A stretch of 64,000 nt of DNA, taken from contig JBKPEA010000050.1 of the NCBI GenBank assembly GCA_046728175.1, forward strand, positions 389 through 64,388, in the 5' to 3' direction. Made by a program: the position numbers and the translations under genes. This DNA is from Thermodesulfobacteriota bacterium. GTDB taxonomy: Bacteria > Desulfobacterota > Binatia > Binatales > Binataceae. This document shows, one piece after another, positions 19,423-29,961 of the stretch; within the stretch, counting starts at the first letter, position 1, and each line of letters opens with the position of its first letter. The notes beneath the pieces were generated by a model. The model was given only the letters and a program-made list of their open reading frames with translations, searched no databases and was not told the origin of the DNA.

Positions 19423-20250
19423 TCAGCTTTTCTTCTGCTCGTCGAAGGTCGCGTCGATGCGCTGAAAGCGGCGCCGGATGAGGTCGCGGCTGTCGTCGTG
19501 CGGCAGGATGTAGAGCCGATTAGCCAGGATCGCCTCGACAACGACCGTCGCGACGTCCTCGGGCTTCATCACCTCGCCCGCCATCACGATGTTGCTCGAG
19601 GCCTCGGGCTGGCGGCGAGGCGAGGCTGCTGCACCGCCGAAATCGGCCGTGCGATTTCGTTCCGAAGTTCCGATGTTGGTATCGACTCGTAGTGGACAGA
19701 GTACCGACACGCCTATGTTATGCTGCCGCACCTCGCGCCGGAGCGTCTCGGCGAGCGCGACCACGCCGTACTTCGCGACCGAATACACGCCGAGGCCTTC
19801 AGTCGGCACCAGTCCCGCAATCGACGAAGTGAATAGGATCTGTCCGCCCTGCTTCTGCTCAATCATACGCGGCAGAAATGCCTCGACGCCGTGAATCGGT
19901 CCCCACAGGTCAACCTTGATGATCCATTCCCAATCGGAATGTTTCATGTTGACCATATGGCCGTCGAGCGCGACGCCCGCGTTGTTGAACAAGATGTGGA
20001 CCGCGCCCATTTTCGAGAATGCCTGCTGAGCGAGGTTCTGCACGGACGCGAGATCGGCGACGTCGCACACGACACCCTCGGCCTTCGCGCCCGAGGATGA
20101 CAACTCGGCAACGGCTTTGTTGAGCGCGGACGCTTCGATATCCGCGATGACAAGCTTCGCACCTTTGGCGGCAAGCGCTCTGGCTGTGGCAAATCCAATA
20201 CCGCTGGCGCCTCCGGTGATGACCGCAACTTTTCCGCTGGTGGTATCCAT
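19423..20250 (-). CDS. SDR oxidoreductase
   Basis: TGGASGIG, NNAG and YSVAKYG motifs. Confidence 0.92.
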   Translation of the reverse strand: MDTTSGKVAVITGGASGIGFATARALAAKGAKLVIADIEASALNKAVAELSSSGAKAEGVVCDVADLASVQNLAQQAFSKMGAVHILFNNAGVALDGHMVNMKHSDWEWIIKVDLWGPIHGVEAFLPRMIEQKQGGQILFTSSIAGLVPTEGLGVYSVAKYGVVALAETLRREVRQHNIGVSVLCPLRVDTNIGTSERNRTADFGGAAASPRRQPEASSNIVMAGEVMKPEDVATVVVEAILANRLYILPHDDSRDLIRRRFQRIDATFDEQKKS

Positions 20251-20395
20251 AGTCACCTTATTCGGTAATCCTGCTTTGCGGATGCTTCTCGTCGAGCCGC
20301 AGAGCGTCGCCTATGCGAACAACCGCCCACGGGACTCTTTCAAAGGCGAATTCTAGTCTCTGCTTTACTCCCAAGGCCAAGACGAAAATCAGTCC

Positions 20396-20425
20396 TCTTC
20401 AAGATCTCTTCTTCAAGATCTCTTC
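20396..20425. repeat. 14-bp tandem duplication
   Basis: tcttcaagatctct x2. Confidence 0.6.
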
Positions 20426-20494
20426 GGCACGACCACTAGTTTGTTGCAAGTTGGTTGAGGCACTGCACGATCAATACTCGGTCGTTGTAAGGCG

Positions 20495-21037
20495 TCACAA
20501 CGTGTGCATCTCGCTGTTCACAACACATCGCCAACGAGATAGATCGGCCAAGACGCATTCTGGACAGTTTTCACCATGCACGTGGGGAGGAAAATGTTCA
20601 GCTACAAAGCCGGCCGCACCGATTTGAGGTGTGGTTTCGAAGACGGTGACGTCAGTCGGAAGGACCATCCAATGCATCGCCGAGCGCGTCCAAAAATGGG
20701 CCGCAGGCTTGATCCAGTTGGGATCATCAAATGTTCCTACCTGAATTCCCCGCGAGCCCGGGAAAATTTCCGCTGTCCATGAGACAGTCGTCCCGCAGGT
20801 CGAGCAAAACTCTGATTTCAGCCAGCGGTTACTTTCGTCCGTGCGAAATTCGAAAGTTTTAAGCGCACCATTTTTTATTTGAACCGGCGATTCATCGAGG
20901 TACCCTGCAACGCCAAGCGCACTTCCAGAGCGTTTCTTGCATAAAGTGCAATGACAGACCACAGCTAGATACGGTTCGTCTGTGACGCGGTAACGTACGG
21001 GCTCCGCACAGACACCACCCTCGTGCTCGTCGGCCAC
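20495..21037 (-). CDS. GFA/Mss4-like zinc protein with a scrambled N-terminal motif (possibly decaying)
   Basis: CHCTLCKK and FCSTCGT motifs present; the first CLC motif is shifted out of frame. Confidence 0.75.
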   Translation of the reverse strand: MADEHEGGVCAEPVRYRVTDEPYLAVVCHCTLCKKRSGSALGVAGYLDESPVQIKNGALKTFEFRTDESNRWLKSEFCSTCGTTVSWTAEIFPGSRGIQVGTFDDPNWIKPAAHFWTRSAMHWMVLPTDVTVFETTPQIGAAGFVAEHFPPHVHGENCPECVLADLSRWRCVVNSEMHTL

Positions 21038-21225
21038 TTTCAGCGACCTCGTGCGATTGCTGGGTTGGAATCAGCTCGCATTGATGGCCTTACCTCCGTG
21101 AATCAGGTCGGAACGGCTTCAAGGATGGTGTCTAAGACCCGGACGAAATTCTAGCATCAGCGGGTTCATTTACCTTTAGTGGTAAACTCACACCATCGCG
21201 ACCCTGTAGAGGTTACGATGACGGA

Positions 21226-21840
21226 CTACTTCTGAAGCTGAGAATCCCCGCCAGTGACCGGGGGAGCCAGAAGAGCAGAAGCTGACATTGCCTTCGACGC
21301 ATGCAGGTTGTCTAGGCCCGTGATGTTGCCCACCAGATTCGCGTACTGATTTGGTATCCGAGGCTCGTTCAGGATTCCAAACCTGGAGCCGTCTGGGGAG
21401 AACCTCAAGACGGAAGTGCCGAATGCGCGCCTGATGGTCAATGTGCTGCCGCTGAATTTGATAAATCCATCTACCGGCGAGCCGCCGGTCACGTGAAATC
21501 CTTCGTGCATAAGCCAGTCGGACACCTGGTCGAATTCGGGTTGCGTGACGCCGAAGCGGCTGGCGTATTCCTGTGGGGTCAGCCACCTATGATACTGCGG
21601 CGACCCGGGGTCCTGCTGCCCAGCAAGCAACGCGTTCAGTTGTTCCTGATCGCGGGGCTTGAACCAGATTTGCAGCGGGAGGGTGTGGGTTGCAGGCAGG
21701 TCGCCATAGGTCGGGAGCTTCTGCGCTTCCGCAGAAACCGTACCGCGCAACGGGACCGTTTGAGCGTCGATGTGCGCAGGGGCGGCAATCACGCACATAG
21801 CGACCGCAATGGCGCGGAAAATGAGCTGACCTGCTGTCAT
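21226..21840 (-). CDS. Stand-alone S53 protease prodomain (truncated protease or propeptide-only protein)
   Basis: Signal peptide plus QQDPGSPQYHRWLTPQEY..ITGLDN; stops before any catalytic domain. Confidence 0.75.
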   Translation of the reverse strand: MTAGQLIFRAIAVAMCVIAAPAHIDAQTVPLRGTVSAEAQKLPTYGDLPATHTLPLQIWFKPRDQEQLNALLAGQQDPGSPQYHRWLTPQEYASRFGVTQPEFDQVSDWLMHEGFHVTGGSPVDGFIKFSGSTLTIRRAFGTSVLRFSPDGSRFGILNEPRIPNQYANLVGNITGLDNLHASKAMSASALLAPPVTGGDSQLQK

Positions 21841-22072
21841 CCAACTCCCCTTCGCTAAGGTTCCCCAAAGTTCTAGAGAATCAGTCGCCTTGAGCTAAAT
21901 CCTATTGACTTTACCTTTTCTGTCTTTACCTAAACTACTCGGGCAGAGTTGGATGACGCTTCCCGACCCCATTGACGAGGGGAAGTCTTTCGATCTCGCG
22001 GGTCAAGTTTTGAACCTCGACTGCCCCGCGACGCTTTAAGCATCCGACGACTATCCGTATCATCCGCAAACC

Positions 22073-23581
22073 ATGCCTCGTTCACGAACCAAAGGGCCCC
22101 GAACATCTGCTTTAAGCCAACTGGAGCTGCCGAACCTTCGTCCCCTGCGCGTGCTGGTCATCGGCGAGGTCATCCTGGACCGCTACCTGTGGGGCGACGT
22201 TGCGCGTATCTCGCCGGAAGCTCCCATTCCAGTACTTCACGTCGAGCGTCGCGAGGAGAAGCCCGGCAATGCCGGTTTTGTCGCTGCTAATCTACGCGCG
22301 CTTGGTGCCGAGGCCTCGATAGTCAGTCTGGTGGGGCGCGATCGCGGGGGGCTGATGCTCCGTGAGATTCTTGGAGGGATGGGGGTTCGCACGCGTTCGC
22401 TGATTGAAGATTCCGATCGCGGCACCATCGTAAAGGAGCGGATGCTGGGTTCGGTGCAGGCGGCACATCGCGGTACCCAGCAGCTTCTTCGGGTCGACGA
22501 GGAGGATGCTTCCACGCTGCGCCCCGCGCGCGAACGCCAGCTGATTGCGCGGGTCGCAGCCGAACTTCCGCGCGCGGATGGCGTGCTCATCAGCGACATC
22601 AACAAGGGACTCCTGACGGAGAGGTTGCTGCGCACGACCATCGATGGCGCACGCCGACGGAGGATTCCCGTGGTTATCGATCCGCGCCTGACCGACGATT
22701 TCTCCATCTATCGCGGAGGTACCGCAATCACGCCCAACCGTTATGAGACCGAGCTGGCCACCGGCATGAAGCTCACTGACCGTGACGCGTGGCGACGCGC
22801 GGCGGAGCTGATGGTGCGCAAGCACAACCTTGATGCGTGCCTGATTACGCTCGATCGCGACGGGATGTATCTGGCCGAGCGCGGGGGAGCCGATACCTAC
22901 ATACCGACGATTCCGCGCGATGTGTACGACGTCACCGGCGCGGGCGACGTGGTGCTGACCGTATTCGGCCTGTTTGCAATCGCGGGACTCGGCTTTTCGT
23001 CGGCGGCGCGAATTGCCAATGTGGCTGCGAGTATCGAAGTGACCCGTATCGGCACCGAAGTGATCACGCGCGAGGACCTCGCGCGGGCACTCAGACCGGG
23101 CGATGGCCACGAGCGCAAGATTCTTTCGGTCGAGGAACTAAGGGTCGCGCTCGATCGCGAGCGGCGCGCCGGCCACCGGGTGTCATTCACCAATGGGTGT
23201 TTCGACCTCCTGCACGCGGGTCATATCCAGATTCTGAATTTCGCGCGCGCACAGGCGGACTGCCTGGTGGTAGGCCTTAACAGCGACCGCTCGGTGAAAG
23301 CCCTCAAAGGCAAAGATCGCCCGATTTATCCGGCCGCCGACCGAGCCCGCATCCTGGCCGCGCTTGAGTGTGTCAGCTACGTGGTGGTCTTTGACGACGT
23401 CCGCGCGGAAAAAACCATCCGCGCGGTGCGGCCCGATGTCCTGGTCAAGGGCGAGGACTGGAAAGGCCAGACCGTTGATGGACAGGAGTTCGTCGAAGCA
23501 CGCGGTGGCCGCGTCGTCCTCGCGCCGCTGCTGCAAGGCCACAGCACGACCGGGACCATCGATCGAATGAAACAAAGATAA
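22073..23581 (+). CDS. hldE: Bifunctional heptose 7-phosphate kinase/heptose 1-phosphate adenylyltransferase
   Basis: RISPEAPIPV, DVTGAGD, FTNGCFDLLHAGH and GLNSDRSV motifs. Confidence 0.95.
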   Translation: MPRSRTKGPRTSALSQLELPNLRPLRVLVIGEVILDRYLWGDVARISPEAPIPVLHVERREEKPGNAGFVAANLRALGAEASIVSLVGRDRGGLMLREILGGMGVRTRSLIEDSDRGTIVKERMLGSVQAAHRGTQQLLRVDEEDASTLRPARERQLIARVAAELPRADGVLISDINKGLLTERLLRTTIDGARRRRIPVVIDPRLTDDFSIYRGGTAITPNRYETELATGMKLTDRDAWRRAAELMVRKHNLDACLITLDRDGMYLAERGGADTYIPTIPRDVYDVTGAGDVVLTVFGLFAIAGLGFSSAARIANVAASIEVTRIGTEVITREDLARALRPGDGHERKILSVEELRVALDRERRAGHRVSFTNGCFDLLHAGHIQILNFARAQADCLVVGLNSDRSVKALKGKDRPIYPAADRARILAALECVSYVVVFDDVRAEKTIRAVRPDVLVKGEDWKGQTVDGQEFVEARGGRVVLAPLLQGHSTTGTIDRMKQR

Positions 23582-23629
23582 TCGGGTACCAAACACCGAC
23601 TGCGAAGGAAAAAGCGGAGCATTTTCGCT

Positions 23630-25258
23630 CTATCGTCCACCGAACCGGCGACGCACCATCGCGACAAAAGCATCGAATTCGGGCAATCGCAACATCTTCG
23701 CCATCCCCAGGTAGATCGCGCCATAGACTGGCAACACGATTAAGCCCTGCGGGCGCGGCCCGAGTCCGGCGGTTTCCCGCTTGAGCGCAAATCCAATCAG
23801 GCCCGCGACGATTGCTATCGACCAAAGCTTCGTCACCAGCGCGCGATTGAGCCCGGTTGGCCCGATTCGCTGATTCATCCGCCACCTGCAGAGCACGAAC
23901 TCAATCCAACCCGATACCCCCGCCGACGCGGTGAGACCGGCAACGCCCCAGCGCGGTGGGATACCCAGCAGCGGAGGCAGCAGGATGGCACACGCGTAGC
24001 CGAGCGCGAGGGTCAGCGAGACGCGCACCACTGCAAAGCGAAGCGGCGTACGCGCATCGAGCAACGAGTAGAATGCGGCGTTGTAGAGCTGCACCATCGT
24101 GGTCGCGAGCAGGCCGACCCCCGAGCCCGCCAGCACCGCCCACAGGTAAACCGCATCCGCGTGCGAGAAATGCCCCGATTGATAGACAAACGCCGCGATC
24201 ACGTCGCCGAGAAAAATGAACCCGGCGGCCGAGGGCACGATTAGGAATGCGATCTGACGTAGTCCGGCGTTGAGACGCGGCCGCAAAGCCGCGCCGATCT
24301 CCTCGACCGTGCCCGACGCACGCGACATGGTCGGCAGCTCCGATGCCGCGACCGACGATCCGAACAGGCTGACCGGCAGCATGTACAAGATCTGGCCGAA
24401 GTTGATCGCGGCGACCGCACCGGTCGGCAACAAGCTTGCCAGCAGCTGGTCGACATAGGCGCTGATTTGCGCGACGCCCTTGGTGCCGACCACCGCGAAC
24501 ATGTTGCGGAACACCGTCCACAACGCTTCGCTTACCCGTCCGAAACTGAGTCGACGCCGATGCATCAACGCCACGACTTGCGGAACCTGCACCCCCAACT
24601 GGACGCCGGCGCCAGCCACCGATCCCCATGCCACATCGATCGCGAGCGCATCCTGCGCGCGGCGCGGCCCAAACCACAGCATGGTCGCGATAATCACGAG
24701 GTTCCAAAACACCGGCGCGAGATACGAGGCGAAGAAGCGATGATGGCTGTTGAGGACACCCAGGCACCATGCCGACATCACCAGGATCCCGATGCCGGGA
24801 AATACGATACGCACGATCGCGATGGTCAAGTCGCGTTTCTCGGCGGCAAACCCGGGCGCGATCACGTCGATCAGGTAAGGGGCGAACCCGACCCCTAGCG
24901 CAACCAGAATCGAGGTGGTGAGCGCGAGTACCGCCCCAACCGCCCATGCCAGCAAGTCTGCATCTTGGTCGCCGTCGCCGAGCATCTTGCTGTAAACCGG
25001 GATGAACGATGCGGACAGTACGCCTTCACCGAGCAGGTTCTGGAGGATATTCGGGATGCGCAGACCGGCGGTGAGTGCATCCGCCACCGCCGAGGTACCG
25101 AAGTAGTGCGCCAGCACGCTCTGGCGCAGGAATCCGGTAAGGCGACTGAGAAAAATCCCCGACGCGACGATCCCGGCAGCGCTGCCGGGCGGCCGCAAAG
25201 TGGTGTCTGCACCGCTTAAGGGCTCCTCTGCGACCGGCTTTGTAACGCTCTCAGCCAA
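23630..25258 (-). CDS. murJ: Lipid II flippase
   Basis: SRLTGFLR, RIPNILQNLLGEGVLSASFIP, many transmembrane segments. Confidence 0.94.
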   Translation of the reverse strand: MAESVTKPVAEEPLSGADTTLRPPGSAAGIVASGIFLSRLTGFLRQSVLAHYFGTSAVADALTAGLRIPNILQNLLGEGVLSASFIPVYSKMLGDGDQDADLLAWAVGAVLALTTSILVALGVGFAPYLIDVIAPGFAAEKRDLTIAIVRIVFPGIGILVMSAWCLGVLNSHHRFFASYLAPVFWNLVIIATMLWFGPRRAQDALAIDVAWGSVAGAGVQLGVQVPQVVALMHRRRLSFGRVSEALWTVFRNMFAVVGTKGVAQISAYVDQLLASLLPTGAVAAINFGQILYMLPVSLFGSSVAASELPTMSRASGTVEEIGAALRPRLNAGLRQIAFLIVPSAAGFIFLGDVIAAFVYQSGHFSHADAVYLWAVLAGSGVGLLATTMVQLYNAAFYSLLDARTPLRFAVVRVSLTLALGYACAILLPPLLGIPPRWGVAGLTASAGVSGWIEFVLCRWRMNQRIGPTGLNRALVTKLWSIAIVAGLIGFALKRETAGLGPRPQGLIVLPVYGAIYLGMAKMLRLPEFDAFVAMVRRRFGGR

Positions 25259-25414
25259 CGGTCTCTGAAGTATAGCGGCGCGAGGCCACCCCTTGCAGCC
25301 GGTGGCGATCGCAAGTCCGAGACTTCCGGAAATTCAACCCCAGTTGCAGGAGAGTGGCCGAGGCTCTAGCCTGTCCTCTGCTTCCGGCACGCAGACGCCC
25401 AAGCGGGTAAGATT

Positions 25415-26587
25415 GTGAGCTTTTCTCTCTACGTGCATATTCCGTACTGCCAGGCGAAGTGCCCGTACTGCGACTTCAACTCCTACGCGGCAGCCACCTG
25501 GCCGGAGGCCGATTACACGCGTGCGCTGACCCGGGAGATCGAACACCGATACGGCCAGCCTCCGTTCGCGGGCGACTCACTGCGCACGGTCTTCTTCGGG
25601 GGTGGAACGCCGTCACTGTTCGCCCCGGAATCGATCAGCGCAATTCTCGAGGCAGCCAATCGGCGCTTCCCGATCGAGCGCGATGCGGAAATAACCCTGG
25701 AGGCGAACCCCGGCACGCTGAGCGAGCCAAAACTCGCCGGGTTGCGCTCGGCCGGAGTCAATCGCCTAAGCCTCGGCGCCCAATCGTTTAACAACCAGAC
25801 CTTGAAATTTCTCGGCCGGATTCACGACGCCGACCAGACGCGCCAGGCGGTGGCCATGGCGCAGCGCGTCGGTTTCGATCGCCTCAACCTCGACCTGATT
25901 TTCGCGGTGCCCGGACAGACCGTGGAAAGCGTGCTCGCTGACGTCGAGCAGGCCATTGCGCTCGGACCCGACCATATCTCCGCGTACAACCTGACTTTCG
26001 AGGAAGGCACCACATTTTTCACCGATCTGAAGCGCGGGCGAATCAAGGCACTGGCCAACGACGAGCAGGCGGCGATGTATGCCGCGGTGCGCACGGAACT
26101 GCCCCGACGCGGCTTCGCGATGTATGAAATTTCGAACTATGCGCGCCCCGGCCGCGAGGCCCGACACAATCTTACCTACTGGCGCGGGCAGACTTACCTC
26201 GGCGTCGGCGCCGGCGCGCACAGCTTTGCTCTGGCGCCGTCAGACTCGCGTGCAGTACCCAACTCCTACGGCCGGCGCTGGTGGAACGAGCGTAACCCGG
26301 GGCGCTATATCGAGCTGGCGGGGGGGGAGGGCTGTGCGGAATCCGGTGGTGAAGAAATCGATCAGATGACCGGCGCAAGCGAATTCGTGTTTCTGAATCT
26401 GCGCCTGCGCGCGGGGTTCGCGGAGCAGGAGTTTGCTGCGCGGCTGGGACGGTGCTTTGATGATGTGTTTGGAGCTCGCGCCGCGCGATTGGTGGAAGGC
26501 GGTTTGTTGATGCGAAACGCCGAGCGCATCTTCCTGAGCGATCGCGGGCTCGAACTCGCCGATTCAGTCTTCGCGGAATTCGTATAA
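25415..26587 (+). CDS. hemW: Radical SAM heme chaperone
   Basis: LYVHIPYCQAKCPYCDF, GGGTPS, YEISNY and HNLTYW motifs. Confidence 0.93.
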   Translation: MSFSLYVHIPYCQAKCPYCDFNSYAAATWPEADYTRALTREIEHRYGQPPFAGDSLRTVFFGGGTPSLFAPESISAILEAANRRFPIERDAEITLEANPGTLSEPKLAGLRSAGVNRLSLGAQSFNNQTLKFLGRIHDADQTRQAVAMAQRVGFDRLNLDLIFAVPGQTVESVLADVEQAIALGPDHISAYNLTFEEGTTFFTDLKRGRIKALANDEQAAMYAAVRTELPRRGFAMYEISNYARPGREARHNLTYWRGQTYLGVGAGAHSFALAPSDSRAVPNSYGRRWWNERNPGRYIELAGGEGCAESGGEEIDQMTGASEFVFLNLRLRAGFAEQEFAARLGRCFDDVFGARAARLVEGGLLMRNAERIFLSDRGLELADSVFAEFV

Positions 26588-26680
26588 AGCCTCCCCCGCC
26601 ACTGACCAACCGAGAAAGGAACACGAAGGTTTCGCCAGCCGAGCCGAATTTGTGCTTGGTGGAGATGAGCCAGGACTGCT

Positions 26681-28294
26681 CTACGCACGCAGCATCGCGG
26701 TATCGAGCAACTGAGCTACCTGAACCGGCGTCGCCAGGCGGATGAAGGCGCCCAAGCGCGGGCCGCGTTCCTGCGCGAGGATCGTCCGGTAGAGCAAGGG
26801 GAAAATCTTGCCGGGCTTGTCGTAATATTGGCGGCCGAAGTCGTAGATCGTTTTTTCAATTTGTTCGGCACCGGCTGCTGGGTTGGCGCGCAGCCAGTCC
26901 GCGATGGCCGCCAGCTGCGGGCGCTCGGCCGCGTTCGGAATGTAGGGCTTCTTGGTCGGCTCGATGAAGTCCTGATAAAAATTCTCTGCCGACTGCATCA
27001 GAGTAAGCGCCAGTGCCCTGGTGTCCGCGTCATTCTCGATCGCGGGGTCGTAGCGCTTCAGATATTCCCAGAGGTAGTTGCGCTCCAGGGCGCCGACCGC
27101 GGGCACCAGATTCATCATCATCGCGAAGGTCAACTGTGAGTCGAAGCGGCGCGGGCTCTGGTCCTGCAGCACGAACACCAGCGGCGAATTGTGACGCGTC
27201 TCCTGGTTGGGAGCCGCGGCGTATTCCCTGAGCGCGTCGAGGTATTCATCGACGTATTGGGGGATAGTCGCAAGGAACAGTTTGCGAGCGCGGCGCGGAT
27301 TGGTCAGAAGAAAAAACTTGAGGACTTCGATGGGCGCATAGCGTTCCCATTGCTCGACGGTAACGCCGCGGCCGATAGACTTGGAGACCTTGTGCCCCTC
27401 GTCGTCGAGGAACATCTCGAACGGAAATCCGAGCGGCGCGCGGCCGCCCAGCACCCGGAGGATCAGTGCGGATAGCCGTGCCGAGTCGGTCAGGTCCTTG
27501 CCGTAGAGCTCGTAGTCGACCGCCAGCGTGAACCAGCGCAGCGCCCAATCGACCTTCCATTGCGCTTTGGCGTGGCCCCCGAAGACGGTCTGCTCGCCGC
27601 TCCACCCGCAGCCGGCGGTCCCGGCCGCGCTCCGTTCGCACGTGAATTCGATGGTCCCGCGATCCGGATGATATGCGGTCACCGTGCGTTCGATCATTTT
27701 TCCACACCCGGGGCACAGCGGCATTAACGGAGACCATCCGGGGCGATTTTCCTCGCGCAGCGTCGGCGTGACTATCGCGGCTATCTCGGCATGCCTGGCC
27801 AGGATGCGCTTGAGTCCCTCGTCGAATTCGCCGTTTCGATACATGTCGGCCGAACGCCGCAGCTCGTACTCCACTTCCACCGGCGCCAGGAACTCGCGCA
27901 GCAGGCCAATCATGTGATCGGCGAAGCTGGCGCAGCATCCGAACGGGTCCGGAATACGCGAGACCGGGACCCCTAAAAATCCGCCCAGCTCCTCGCGCCG
28001 CGGGACATTCTCGGGCACCTTGCGGAGTCCATCCATGTCGTCGATGAATACGATGAGCCGCGAGGCCCGCGCCGGCTCGAGCATCGCAAAGGCCTCGCGC
28101 ACGTAAGCCGGGCGCAGCACCTCGCACATGGTGCCGAGGTGGGGCAGCCCCGACGGCCCGAAGCCACTCTCGAAGATGACGGGACGCTCGGGCGGGTAGT
28201 CGCGAATGCGCTCCCGAAGCCGCCGCGCTTCTTCGTGCGGCCACGCATCGCTGCTGGTGGGCAGTTTGTCGAGTGGTTGTGCGCCTGGGGGCAT
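26681..28294 (-). CDS. lysS: Class I lysyl-tRNA synthetase
   Basis: SGFGPSGLPHLGT, WKVDWALRW, YGKD, KVSKS and GPRLG motifs. Confidence 0.93.
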   Translation of the reverse strand: MPPGAQPLDKLPTSSDAWPHEEARRLRERIRDYPPERPVIFESGFGPSGLPHLGTMCEVLRPAYVREAFAMLEPARASRLIVFIDDMDGLRKVPENVPRREELGGFLGVPVSRIPDPFGCCASFADHMIGLLREFLAPVEVEYELRRSADMYRNGEFDEGLKRILARHAEIAAIVTPTLREENRPGWSPLMPLCPGCGKMIERTVTAYHPDRGTIEFTCERSAAGTAGCGWSGEQTVFGGHAKAQWKVDWALRWFTLAVDYELYGKDLTDSARLSALILRVLGGRAPLGFPFEMFLDDEGHKVSKSIGRGVTVEQWERYAPIEVLKFFLLTNPRRARKLFLATIPQYVDEYLDALREYAAAPNQETRHNSPLVFVLQDQSPRRFDSQLTFAMMMNLVPAVGALERNYLWEYLKRYDPAIENDADTRALALTLMQSAENFYQDFIEPTKKPYIPNAAERPQLAAIADWLRANPAAGAEQIEKTIYDFGRQYYDKPGKIFPLLYRTILAQERGPRLGAFIRLATPVQVAQLLDTAMLRA

Positions 28295-28300
28295 GCCCGG

Positions 28301-28540
28301 CTATTCCTCACCCTCCCCGCGCAGTACCCGCGCGACCGCATCGTGAATCCAGGGATCGATTTGCAGATCGCGATTCTTGGCGGAGGCAAGCCGAAGCTTA
28401 ACCGCGCAATTCGCGCAGATAAAGGCCCGCTGGGAAAAACCCGCCGCATCCTCAACGCTGATGCGCAAAAGCCAGTCGCCCACCGGCCTGCGGCACAGTA
28501 CACATTTCTCCGGTGGCGATGATGAATTCTGATGTTCCAT
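28301..28540 (-). CDS. Small hypothetical protein with two CxxC motifs
   Basis: CVLC and CANC; ends 7 nt upstream of lysS. Confidence 0.6.
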   Translation of the reverse strand: MEHQNSSSPPEKCVLCRRPVGDWLLRISVEDAAGFSQRAFICANCAVKLRLASAKNRDLQIDPWIHDAVARVLRGEGEE

Positions 28541-28731
28541 GCGGCCGCTATTGTACATCATTGCTTCGCGGCAGGATGCTGTGGTAACTCCCGAGTCGCA
28601 TGGAGCCCGACCCGGGCGTTATCATTCATCCAAAGCAGTCCGCACCGGCGCGCGAGCTGTGCGCGTCTTTAGGCTTCGAGCTCACCGCCGTGACGCGCGC
28701 GAGCTCCACGGCGATTTTTCACGCACGCTGA

Positions 28732-29775
28732 ATGGATCAGGCATATACCAAACAGAAACTGAAGGAACTGCGCGCCCTGATCGACGAGGGCGATCGGGTC
28801 GCGATCGTGTTGCAGGACGATCCTGACCCCGACGCGATGGCTAGCGCGATGGCGCTGCGCACGCTGCTCGGCCGCAACAAGCTCACCACTCCGTTGTTCA
28901 GCTTCAAGCCGGTCACCCGTCCGGAAAACCGCACCATGGTCCATCTGCTCGAGATCGATATCGAGCCGGCCGAGCCCGCGGAACTGGACGAGTATGACAA
29001 GATTGCGATGGTCGATGTGCAGCCGCCGTTCTTCGGCGACAAGCTGACCCGCGCTCACATCGTGATCGACCACCATCCAAACTACGAGCCGAGTAACGCA
29101 CCGTTTGTGGACGTCCGCACCAAGTACGGAGCGACCTCCACGATCATGACCGAGTACCTGATTTCCGCCGACGAGCGCATCAGCGAACGCCTCGCGACCG
29201 CGCTGCTGTACGGAATCCGCAGCGATACGCTGGCACTCTCGCGACGCGTGACCGACGACGATCTGCAGGCGTTCGTGACGCTCTATCCGATCGCGAACTA
29301 CAACATGCTCAAGCAGATCGAGCGTCCCGAACTGCCGGCCAAATTCGCCAGAATTCTCTCCCGCGCCCTGGCGCGAATAGAAGTCGTTGACGGACTCGCG
29401 GTGCTCAACCTGGGCCGGGTCGAGCGTGACGATATCATCGTGCAGGTCGCGGATTTCTGCCTTCAATTCGAGGGCGTGGAATGGGTCGCGGTGGCAGGAA
29501 AGCTGGGTGACGACCTGGTGATCGCGGTGCGCAACTATGGCATGAGCGGCGACAACGCCGGCGAGGCAGTCAAAAACCTGTTCGGCGACATCGGCAGCGC
29601 CGGTGGCCATCGCCACATGGCAAAGGCGGTCATCAAGCAGACAGCGTGGCGGAGCCGTGAAGGAAGCACGCGCGACCGGTTTGTCGAAGAACGTCTGCGT
29701 GAGCTGTTCGTCGCCGAAATTTCCGGCGAGCGCAAGAGCCACGAATCGCGCGTTGCCTCGCGCAACGGCGGATAA
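28732..29775 (+). CDS. DHH/DHHA1 family phosphoesterase
   Basis: DPDPDA, IDHH, GATSTI and AGGH motifs. Confidence 0.92.
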   Translation: MDQAYTKQKLKELRALIDEGDRVAIVLQDDPDPDAMASAMALRTLLGRNKLTTPLFSFKPVTRPENRTMVHLLEIDIEPAEPAELDEYDKIAMVDVQPPFFGDKLTRAHIVIDHHPNYEPSNAPFVDVRTKYGATSTIMTEYLISADERISERLATALLYGIRSDTLALSRRVTDDDLQAFVTLYPIANYNMLKQIERPELPAKFARILSRALARIEVVDGLAVLNLGRVERDDIIVQVADFCLQFEGVEWVAVAGKLGDDLVIAVRNYGMSGDNAGEAVKNLFGDIGSAGGHRHMAKAVIKQTAWRSREGSTRDRFVEERLRELFVAEISGERKSHESRVASRNGG

Positions 29776-29961
29776 ACGCCCTCTTACGCGATACCAAACG
29801 CCGCGATGAAGCGTGCGTGCAGCTCGACGACATTTACACCTGGCCTGAAGGATCGCAGCACGCTGCTTGAGAATTGAGCAATTCAACCTGACAGCCTTTT
29901 CCTGGGGGTTTGGTTTATCCATCAGTTTACCCGCGCCCTCGCAGTCCGTATCGTATACGCC

